Shown: positions 1-6,577 of the stretch, piece after piece
Layout of the letters: each line of letters starts with the position of its first letter
Position numbering within the stretch: the stretch's first letter is position 1
Origin: a virus
Taxonomy: Duplodnaviria > Caudoviricetes
IMG/VR virus record: IMGVR_UViG_3300037309_000307
Location: 1 to 30,861 of that record
Length of the DNA stretch: 30,861 nt
Direction: 5' to 3' (one strand)
The notes under the pieces: model-generated
Told to the model about the DNA's origin: nothing
Database searches by the model: none
The model's input: the letters and a program-made list of their open reading frames with translations, nothing else
Program-made: the position numbers and the translations under genes

Positions 1-858
1 ATGGCCGATCCCACCTACACCCCGCCCAAGGTCTGGAGCGCCGACACCGTGTCCGGCGGCCGCTTCGCCAGCATCAACCGGCCCACCGCCGGCGCCCGCG
101 AGGAACGCGAATTGCCGGTGGGCGAACACCCCTTCCAGCTCTATTCGCTGGCGACGCCCAACGGGGTCAAGGCAACCGTGATGCTCGAGGAACTGCTCGA
201 GGCCGGGCACACGGGCGCGGAGTATGACGCCTGGACGATCAACATCTCCGACGGCGACCAGTTCACCAGCGGCTTTGTTGCGGTGAATCCCAATTCCAAG
301 ATCCCCGCGCTGCTCGACCGCAGCGGCCCTGCGCCGGTGCGGGTGTTCGAGAGCGGCGCGATCCTCGTCCATCTCGCCGAAACATTCGGGGCCTTCCTGC
401 CGTCGGACCCCGCAGCGCGCGCCGAGGTGCTTTCGTGGGTGTTCTGGCAGGTCGCCAGCGGCCCCTTCATGGGCGGCGGCTTCGGCCACTTCTACGCCTA
501 TGCGCCGGAGAAATACGAATACCCGATCAACCGCTACGCGATGGAAACCAAGCGGATCTTCGACGTCGCCGACCAGCGCCTCGCCCAGTCCCGTTTCCTT
601 GCAGGCAACGAATACACCATCGCCGACATCGCCAACTTCCCCTGGCTTGCGCCCTTCGTGGCGGGCACGATCTACAATGATGCGAAGACCTTCCTGAGCA
701 TCGACGAATACAAGCACGTCGCCCGCTGGGTCGCGGAGATCGCCGCCCGCCCGGCGGTGAAGCGCGGGCGGATCGTCAACAAGGTGTGGGGCGACGAGGA
801 TACCCAGCTCAAGGAGCGCCACTCTGCCGCGGACTTCGCGGGCAAGCGGCTGGACTGA
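1..858 (+). CDS. yghU: Glutathione-dependent disulfide-bond oxidoreductase (YghU-type GST family), host gene
   Basis: 285 aa with the YghU-like N-terminus (YTPPKVW...FASINRPTAGAR), LYSLATPNGVK, NPNSKIPAL, FESGAIL, GGGFGHFYAYAP and C-terminal ERHSAADF. Confidence 0.9.
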   Translation: MADPTYTPPKVWSADTVSGGRFASINRPTAGAREERELPVGEHPFQLYSLATPNGVKATVMLEELLEAGHTGAEYDAWTINISDGDQFTSGFVAVNPNSKIPALLDRSGPAPVRVFESGAILVHLAETFGAFLPSDPAARAEVLSWVFWQVASGPFMGGGFGHFYAYAPEKYEYPINRYAMETKRIFDVADQRLAQSRFLAGNEYTIADIANFPWLAPFVAGTIYNDAKTFLSIDEYKHVARWVAEIAARPAVKRGRIVNKVWGDEDTQLKERHSAADFAGKRLD

Positions 859-868
859 AGAGCCACGC

Positions 869-902
869 AAAAAAGGGGGCGAAGAGGTGTTTTCGCCCCC
901 TT
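869..902. terminator. Intrinsic terminator-like hairpin after yghU
   Basis: AAGGGGGCGAA (873-883) pairs with TTCGCCCCCTT (892-902). The A-run on the left would be a U-tract on the minus strand; there is only TT on the right. Confidence 0.55.
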
Positions 903-928
903 CACAAGGCGCTGCGAGCCGCTATAGA
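901..928 (+). promoter_or_regulatory. Putative sigma70 promoter of tRNA-Gln
   Basis: TTCACA (901-906) and GCTATAGA (921-928), then a GC-rich stretch just before the tRNA. Confidence 0.4.
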
Positions 929-941
929 GCGCGGCTCCTGC

Positions 942-1016
942 TGGGGCGTAGCCAAGCGGTAAGGCAGCGGTTTTTGGTACCGCCATGCGAAGGTTCGAAT
1001 CCTTCCGCCCCAGCCA
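942..1016 (+). tRNA. tRNA-Gln (TTG); probable prophage integration target
   Basis: Cloverleaf: acceptor TGGGGCG/CGCCCCA, D-arm GCCAAGCGGTAAGGC, anticodon arm GCGGT-TTTTGGT-ACCGC, T-loop GGTTCGAATCC, encoded CCA. Confidence 0.96.
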
Positions 1017-1023
1017 GTGTTCT

Positions 1024-1111
1024 TCGCATATTGTCGCAATCCTTCGCAGCGACTAGCGGTAACTCTCGGAGAATTCGGCGAGTCGTGCGCATGTCTTCGC
1101 ATCGCTTCGCA
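1024..1111 (+). repeat. Two triplets of 10-bp-phased (T/G)CGCA repeats in the att arm; putative excisionase (RDF) binding sites
   Basis: TCGCA at 1024, 1034, 1044; GCGCA at 1087, TCGCA at 1097 and 1107. Confidence 0.55.
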
Positions 1112-1130
1112 CACCAGCGCAGCCCCTTTG

Positions 1131-1150
1131 GGGGCACCGGGAGGGGCACC
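1131..1150 (+). promoter_or_regulatory. P4-type integrase arm-binding direct repeat
   Basis: GGGGCACC at 1131-1138 and 1143-1150 (12-bp period), immediately before the integrase start codon. Confidence 0.6.
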
Positions 1151-1152
1151 GC

Positions 1153-2403
1153 TTGCTGACAGAAGTCGCAATCAGGAACGCGTGCCCCCAGGCAAGGCGC
1201 TACAAGCTCGCCGATGGCGGCGGGCTCTATCTCGAGGTGCTGCCGTCCGGCACGCGCTCGTGGCGGTGGAAGTACCGCTTCGGCGGGGTGGAGAAGCGCC
1301 TCACCTTCGGCCCCTGGCCGCTGATCTCGGCGAAGCGCGCGCGCGAACTCAGGGATCAGGCGCGTCTCACGCTGCTTGGGGGCACCGATCCGGGGGCACG
1401 GCACCGCGCGGCGAAGGCGCAGGCGCGTCACGGCGAGAACTTCGAGAGCGTCGCCCGATCGTGGCACGCGCAGAAAGCGCCGACACTCGTCCCGCGCTAC
1501 GCGGCCGAGGTGATGGCCCGGCTCGAAGCGAACGCCTTTCCGCACCTTGGCCGCATCGCGATCCGCGAGATCACGCCGCCGCTGGTGCTGGAAACGCTTC
1601 GCCGGATCGAGGCGCGCGGCGCGAAGACGATGGCGCACGAGGTGCGCGGGCATCTGTCGGAAGTCTTCGTCTGGGCGATCGCGGCGGGGCTGGCGGACAG
1701 CGACCCGGCGGCGATCGTGCGCAAGGCGCTCGCGCCCACGGATCCGCGCCGTCGCCCCGCGCTGGTGACGCTGCCCGAGCTGCGCGCCCTGATGGCTGCG
1801 GTCGAGGCGATGCCGCGCGTCTGGCCATCGACGAAGCTGGCCTCGCGCCTGCTGGCACTGACGGCTACGAGGCCGGGCCCGGTGCGTCTCGCCGAAAGGT
1901 CCGAGTTCGAGGGTCTCGACGGCGACGAGCCGATCTGGCGCATCCCCGCGGCCAAGATGAAGCTGTCGGCACGAAGGAAGCGCGACGGCAGCTTCGACTT
2001 CGTGGTGCCGCTTGCCCCTGCCGCAGTCGCGGTCGTGAAGGAGGCGCTCAAGCGCACCGGCGGGCCGCGCTCGAAACAACGCTGGCTGTTCCCGGGCATG
2101 ACGCGGGTGGAACCGATCAGCGACGTCACGCTGAGCAAGGTCTACATCGATGCGGGCTATCGCGGCCGGCACGTGCCTCACGGGTGGCGGGCCAGCTTCT
2201 CGACCATCATGAACGAGCGTGCGGCGAAGGCCGGTCGGCCGGAGGACCGCGCGATCATCGACCTGATGCTCGCCCACATGCGCGACGACGTCGAGGCGGC
2301 GTACAACCGCGCGGCGTACATGGGCAGGCGGCGCGAGCTGGCCTGCGAGTGGGCGCAGCTGCTGGAGGCGCCGCATGACGGCGTCGAGCACTCGGGGAGG
2401 TGA
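1153..2403 (+). CDS. int: Tyrosine recombinase/integrase, P4-like, with N-terminal arm-binding domain (Int1)
   Basis: MLTEVAIRNA...YKLADGGGLYLEVLPSGTRSWRWKYRF arm domain; catalytic R (TATR), K (KMK), HGWR, LAH, AAYNRA; TTG start. Confidence 0.95.
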   Translation: MLTEVAIRNACPQARRYKLADGGGLYLEVLPSGTRSWRWKYRFGGVEKRLTFGPWPLISAKRARELRDQARLTLLGGTDPGARHRAAKAQARHGENFESVARSWHAQKAPTLVPRYAAEVMARLEANAFPHLGRIAIREITPPLVLETLRRIEARGAKTMAHEVRGHLSEVFVWAIAAGLADSDPAAIVRKALAPTDPRRRPALVTLPELRALMAAVEAMPRVWPSTKLASRLLALTATRPGPVRLAERSEFEGLDGDEPIWRIPAAKMKLSARRKRDGSFDFVVPLAPAAVAVVKEALKRTGGPRSKQRWLFPGMTRVEPISDVTLSKVYIDAGYRGRHVPHGWRASFSTIMNERAAKAGRPEDRAIIDLMLAHMRDDVEAAYNRAAYMGRRRELACEWAQLLEAPHDGVEHSGR

Positions 2404-3202
2404 GGCAACCCCCTTCGGCCTGATCGCCGCCAAGCTCTCGGCCGCGCCGCTCTCCCGTAAGACCCGCCTGAAGCTAGAGCGCGGCGACAGTCCGCGATCG
2501 GGCCAGCCGGTCTGGCGCAACAGCTATTACGAGGGCCAGTGCGAGGGCCGCATCTGGCGGCGCTACGGCGACGGCACGGCCCGCACCGGCAAGCGCCTGC
2601 AGGCGCTGATCCTCAAGGCCGCCCGCCGGCTAGAACGCGAGACCCGCCGCAAGCGCCAGGCTGAGGCCGAACGCCGCCGGCGCGGCCTGCTCGGCGACGT
2701 GGGAATCGAGGTGCTCGACTTCCTGTGGAGCCGCGTCGATTACTTCACCGGCCGCCTGGAGCCCGCGATCGCGACGATCGCCGACGAGCTCGGCCGATCC
2801 TACTCGGCGGTGCACCGCGCGCTCAAGCACCTGCGCGCGCACGGATTCATCCAGTGGGAACGCCGCAGCCGTCCGATCGAGAACCCCGAGCCGGGCGGGC
2901 CGCTGGTCGAGCAGATCCCCAACGCCTACGTCCTTCTGATCCCGAAGGCGCTGCAGACCTTCTTCGCGATCGAGATCGGGGGCAGACGCCCGCCGGTGCC
3001 CGATTGCGTTGCCTGGGACCGCGAGAAGGCGCGCGAGGAGTTCGAGCGCCAGCTCGACCAGTTGACCATGCGCGAGTGGCACCAGGCCGTATGGCAGGGC
3101 GACAGCCGCCTGGGCGAAACCCTCGCCCGCATCGCCGCGTTGGTTGAGGAGCGCGAATCCTCGATAGCCCGAGAGACCGGGGGAGATCTTCGATCTCCAT
3201 GA
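2375..3202 (+). CDS. Helix-turn-helix protein, probable plasmid-type replication initiator
   Basis: GGAGG RBS at 2364-2368; winged-HTH-like segment TGRLEPAIATIADELGRSYSAVHRALKHLRAHGFIQWERR followed by QIPNAY. The replication function is inferred. Confidence 0.65.
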   Translation: MTASSTRGGEATPFGLIAAKLSAAPLSRKTRLKLERGDSPRSGQPVWRNSYYEGQCEGRIWRRYGDGTARTGKRLQALILKAARRLERETRRKRQAEAERRRRGLLGDVGIEVLDFLWSRVDYFTGRLEPAIATIADELGRSYSAVHRALKHLRAHGFIQWERRSRPIENPEPGGPLVEQIPNAYVLLIPKALQTFFAIEIGGRRPPVPDCVAWDREKAREEFERQLDQLTMREWHQAVWQGDSRLGETLARIAALVEERESSIARETGGDLRSP

Positions 3203-3207
3203 AAGGA

Positions 3208-3232
3208 ATGGCCTGACATGCGGTCAGGCCAT
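3208..3232. repeat. Perfect 10-bp inverted repeat after the Rep-like gene (terminator or origin element)
   Basis: ATGGCCTGAC-atgcg-GTCAGGCCAT. Confidence 0.6.
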
Positions 3233-3392
3233 GCGTTTCTGAGGTCCGGCCCCGACCCCACCGGCTGACACAAGCGAGAAGAACCACCAGGCGGCACCGT
3301 CGCACGGCGGCGGCTGCGCCGCCGCAGAGGCTTTGCGGGGGCCGGACCGCAAGGTCCGTGCCAATATCGACCCGCGCGCCAGCCGCGCGGTA

Positions 3393-4220
3393 TCACCCAG
3401 GAAGGGGGAGCGGGAAGTTGCTGATGAGCAGCTCGCCCGCGCGCTTGGCACCGCTGGAGGCTGTCGCGATCGTGTAGGTCGTCTCGATCGGCACCTGGTG
3501 CAATCCGGCAAAGATCGCGCGGATCTCGGGCGTGTCATTGATCGAGAGGATCGACCTGGCCGCCGCGGCCCGGATCGCCGCCGCCAGCCGCTCGAAATCC
3601 GCCGGCGCGAAAACGGCCGCGCCGTAATCGTCCTCGCACCCCCAGTAGGGCGGGTCGCAATAGAACAGCATCCCCGGCCGGTCGTAGCGCGCGATGAACT
3701 GGTCGAACGGCAGCTGCTCGATGGTCACCCCGACCAGCCGCTCGTGAATGTCCGCGAGCATCGGCTCGAGCTTGCCGATGTCGAACCGCGCGCCTGTGGT
3801 CCTGCTTACGCCGAAGGTACGGCCTTCGACCCGGCCGCCAAAGCCGAGGCGCTGGAGGTAGAGGAACCGCGCCGCCCGCTGAAGGTCCGTGAGCCGCGCA
3901 GGATCGAGGCCGCGCAGCCGCTCGAATTCGTTGCGGCTCGCCACCCGCCAGCGCAGCATGTCGATGAAATAGGGGTAGTGCTCCTGGAGCACCCGGAAGA
4001 AGGTGGCGACGTCGCCGCTGATGTCATTGATCGCCTCGACCTTCGGCCGGGCACGGCGGCGCAGGAAGATACCGCCCATCCCGACGAAGGGCTCGGCATA
4101 GGCATCGTGGTCGACCTGCTCGATGATCGCGCAGATCCGCTGCGCAAGGTTGCGCTTGCCGCCGATGTATCCGGCGGCGGGTCGCACCGATCTGGTGGCT
4201 TCCAGGTTTGCTTTTGTCAC
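3393..4220 (-). CDS. DNA adenine methyltransferase (Dam/D12 class), orphan
   Basis: YIGGKRNL, motif I YAEPFVGMGGIF, INDI, motif IV DPPY, LSIND, ELLISN; GTG start with AAGGA upstream. Confidence 0.92.
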   Translation of the reverse strand: MTKANLEATRSVRPAAGYIGGKRNLAQRICAIIEQVDHDAYAEPFVGMGGIFLRRRARPKVEAINDISGDVATFFRVLQEHYPYFIDMLRWRVASRNEFERLRGLDPARLTDLQRAARFLYLQRLGFGGRVEGRTFGVSRTTGARFDIGKLEPMLADIHERLVGVTIEQLPFDQFIARYDRPGMLFYCDPPYWGCEDDYGAAVFAPADFERLAAAIRAAAARSILSINDTPEIRAIFAGLHQVPIETTYTIATASSGAKRAGELLISNFPLPLPG

Positions 4221-4238
4221 GAGAACAGTCCTTTATCT

Positions 4239-4348
4239 CCCCGCCCGTTGCGCGGGTGCGGGGCGGCCAGTCGGCCAGCTGTGTCGTGACGAGTTCCGGC
4301 TCGTCGGTTCATCGGGGTACCAGCCCGGTGACCCCCGCTCGCGCGGGG
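4239..4348. ncRNA. Putative structured RNA (multi-hairpin) between Int2 and the methylase
   Basis: Five consecutive stems: 4239-4263, 4265-4276, 4288-4305, 4310-4330, 4333-4348. GCGGGG (4258-4263) can alternatively pair with CCCCGC (4333-4338). Confidence 0.4.
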
Positions 4349-4357
4349 AAACTCGAA

Positions 4358-5554
4358 TCAGGTTCGATCGGGTATCAGCAGCGCGCCCCAATGATCGAAA
4401 AGCTCCCGCCGGCGCGCCAGCTGGGCCGAGCGGTTGTAGGCCGCCTCGACCTTGCCCTTGCCCGCGTGGCCGAGCGCGGCGTCGATGTCGAAGCGCCACT
4501 CCGGGCCCAGCTCCTCGTTGAGGATCGTCGAGAAGCTGGCGCGCCACCCGTGCGGCACGTGCCGGCCGGCGAAGCCGGCGCGATCATAGAGCTCGCGGAT
4601 CGCACCGGCCGCGATCGGCCCGCCGCCCCGGCCGGGGAAGACGAGCTGCTGCGGGTCCCACATCCGGTGAGCGGAGCGCAGCCCCTCCAGCGCCTGCATC
4701 GCCGCCGCGCTCAGCGGTACGATGTGATCGAACCGCGCGTCGGCCTTCTTGTCCCGGCCCAGTTTCATCCGCGCCGCCGGCACCGTCCAGGTGCGCGCGG
4801 CAAGATCGACTTCTGCCCAGATCATCCCACGCACCGCGGCGAGCCGCACTGCGGTCAACGCCAGAAACTCGCTCGCCGCGATCGTCTCGATGCGGCCGCC
4901 GTCGCGATCGCAGGCGGCGAGCAGCGCGCGGCAATCCGCGATCGCGGTCAGCGCCGCGTGCGGCCGCGCCGGCGGCGGGCTGAGCATCGCCGCGCCGAGA
5001 TCGGCCGCCGGATTGCCGCTCACCAGCCCCTTGGCGCGGCCGAAGGCGAAGATCTCGGCGAGCCGCTGGCGCACCCGGTGCGCGCTGGTCCGACAGCCGC
5101 GCTGCGCGATAGCCTCGATCGCGCCGAGCAGCTGCGGCGCGGTGACCGAACCGGCCGGAATTGTTCCCAGTTCGGGGAAGACGTCGCGCTCGAGACTGGC
5201 GAGCACGTCCCCGGCGTGCGCCGGCGACCAGCCCGGCAGGTTTGTCTTGTACCAGAGCCGGGACAACTGCTCGAGCGTCCCGCCGGCAGCGGCGTCCCCG
5301 CGCTTTGCCCGGCCCGGATCGACGCCGGCGGCGAGCTGTTCCCTGGCCTCGGCCTGCAGGATTCGCGCGCGGTTGACGTTCACCTCGGGGAACTGGCCGA
5401 GCGTGAGCAGCTTCTCCCGCCCGTGCCAGCGGTACTTGAGCTGCCAGCTCTTCGATCCGGTCGGCCGCACCAGCAGGTGCAGCCCGCCCTGATCGTGCAG
5501 CTTGTAGGCGCGCGCCTGCGCGCCGGCGGCTTTCGCCGCGGCGTTGGTCAGCAT
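4358..5554 (-). CDS. int: Second P4-like tyrosine integrase (Int2)
   Basis: MLTNAAAKAA...YKLHDQGGLHLLVRPTGSKSWQLKYRW arm domain; R (TAVR), K (RMK), HGWR, LGH, AAYNRS; GGAGG RBS. Confidence 0.93.
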   Translation of the reverse strand: MLTNAAAKAAGAQARAYKLHDQGGLHLLVRPTGSKSWQLKYRWHGREKLLTLGQFPEVNVNRARILQAEAREQLAAGVDPGRAKRGDAAAGGTLEQLSRLWYKTNLPGWSPAHAGDVLASLERDVFPELGTIPAGSVTAPQLLGAIEAIAQRGCRTSAHRVRQRLAEIFAFGRAKGLVSGNPAADLGAAMLSPPPARPHAALTAIADCRALLAACDRDGGRIETIAASEFLALTAVRLAAVRGMIWAEVDLAARTWTVPAARMKLGRDKKADARFDHIVPLSAAAMQALEGLRSAHRMWDPQQLVFPGRGGGPIAAGAIRELYDRAGFAGRHVPHGWRASFSTILNEELGPEWRFDIDAALGHAGKGKVEAAYNRSAQLARRRELFDHWGALLIPDRT

Positions 5555-5674
5555 CTTTCGGACCTCCGAAGAATGGTCTAGGAATAGTCAGCCGGGAGGA
5601 AGGGTTGGGGGTTCCCGGCCGGGGATCAGCCTCCGCGAGGTTAAGCTCCCGGCGCATCCCGACACGAGGTTCGC

Positions 5675-5941
5675 TTGGCCACCGGCATCGCCTTCCCCGA
5701 AAGCAACCTGACGCTCGGCGCGCCGACGCCCGAGGACGCTGCGGCCGGGACGGTCTACGGCCTGCCGGTGCTGCGCTACCGCGATCTCGACGGGCAGACC
5801 CACTGCCTCAGCAAGTGGCAGCTCAGCGCAGATGAGCTGGCCGAGGTGCAGCGCACCGGGGTGGTCTGGTTCGACTGCTGGGGCCCGACCCACCCGCCGA
5901 TCTGGATCAGCGGGACCGATCCCTTCGACAAGCGCGGATGA
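5675..5941 (+). CDS. Phage hypothetical protein
   Basis: 88 aa, GAGG RBS at 5666-5669, natural amino-acid composition (LPVLRY...SKWQLSADELAEVQRTGVVW...HPPI); ATGA overlap with the next ORF. Confidence 0.7.
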   Translation: MATGIAFPESNLTLGAPTPEDAAAGTVYGLPVLRYRDLDGQTHCLSKWQLSADELAEVQRTGVVWFDCWGPTHPPIWISGTDPFDKRG

Positions 5942-6135
5942 TCCAGTGGCAGCCCTTCGATCAGCTGCCTGGCCGCCTCAAGGGCGATGGCACCGTTCTT
6001 CTTTGGGCCGATGGTTGCCTCGAAGAGGGTTGGTGGAGCGATGAGCAACAGGCTTGGCTTGATAACTACGCCGGTCAGCCGCTCAGAAACATCACGGACT
6101 TCGCGGAGATCAACCCACCCGAACGGCGCGGATAA
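5938..6135 (+). CDS. Small DUF551-like phage protein
   Basis: WQPFDQLP...DGTVLLW...W...ITDFAEINPP resembles the WQPIETAPKDG...THWMPLP pattern; coupled to the upstream ORF. Confidence 0.6.
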   Translation: MIQWQPFDQLPGRLKGDGTVLLWADGCLEEGWWSDEQQAWLDNYAGQPLRNITDFAEINPPERRG

Positions 6136-6203
6136 TCCCTCCGCGCCGGTGACGCGGCAGAACGGCGCAGTTCTGCGGCTTCACGGCTGCGCGGCGCGAG
6201 GCT

Positions 6204-6223
6204 ATACCCCCAGCGATACCCCC
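6204..6223 (-). promoter_or_regulatory. Second P4-type arm-binding direct repeat
   Basis: ATACCCCC at 6204-6211 and 6216-6223 (GGGGGTAT twice on the minus strand, 12-bp period), same strand as Int2. Confidence 0.6.
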
Positions 6224-6236
6224 GTTTGCGGCACCA

Positions 6237-6256
6237 TTTTCCCGGCGCCGGGAAAA
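6237..6256. repeat. Perfect 20-bp palindrome
   Basis: TTTTCCCGGCGCCGGGAAAA equals its own reverse complement. Confidence 0.85.
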
Positions 6257-6291
6257 AGCCCAACGGCTCGCCCTTTACCCCGGCTAAGGCG

Positions 6292-6525
6292 ATGATGATG
6301 GAACTTGGACGGAATGTCGGATGCGTCAAAGCGATCGGTGTCAATCCGCGCTGCGGTTGGCTGACCGAGGGGAAGATCTACAGCGTCGTGCTCAACACCG
6401 GCACCTACTTCTTCATCGAATGCGACTATCGCCAGCGGCACCCGCGCCCTGAGAGCGTGCCGTGGCATCCCTGCAGACACGACGGTGACTGGTGGGTCCA
6501 ACGCTGGGAGATATGCCCGGACTGA
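6292..6525 (+). CDS. Small Cys/Trp-rich hypothetical protein (moron-like)
   Basis: ATG ATG ATG start inside ORF 6226-6525; MMMELGRNVGCVKAIG...WLTEGKIYSV...; convergent with the lysis genes; start uncertain. Confidence 0.5.
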   Translation: MMMELGRNVGCVKAIGVNPRCGWLTEGKIYSVVLNTGTYFFIECDYRQRHPRPESVPWHPCRHDGDWWVQRWEICPD

Positions 6526-6577
6526 CGGTGCGTTCCCGGGCTCCTCGGCCGAACGTGAACGTGCCTTACGACACGGC

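Noticed and set aside
1021-1111. Short periodic repeats as a CRISPR array
   Set aside because: 5-bp motifs with a 10-bp period, no spacers and no cas genes
1017-3300. Int1 plus Rep as a separate satellite element
   Set aside because: No second att repeat, AlpA or satellite packaging genes seen after it; not excluded, but unsupported
4223-4237. Possible alphaproteobacterial LexA box (GTTC-N7-GTTC) before the methylase
   Set aside because: Only one half-site matches (GATA-N7-GTTC on the minus strand)
4360-4372. AGGTTCGATC resembling a tRNA T-loop or att remnant at the end of Int2
   Set aside because: No T-stem or acceptor-stem match to the tRNA-Gln 3' end
6358-6380. TGGCTG...GGGAAGAT, faintly like the reverse complement of the tRNA 3' end, about 135 bp from the second arm repeat
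   Set aside because: Only 6 contiguous matching bases; expected by chance, so not called as an att core
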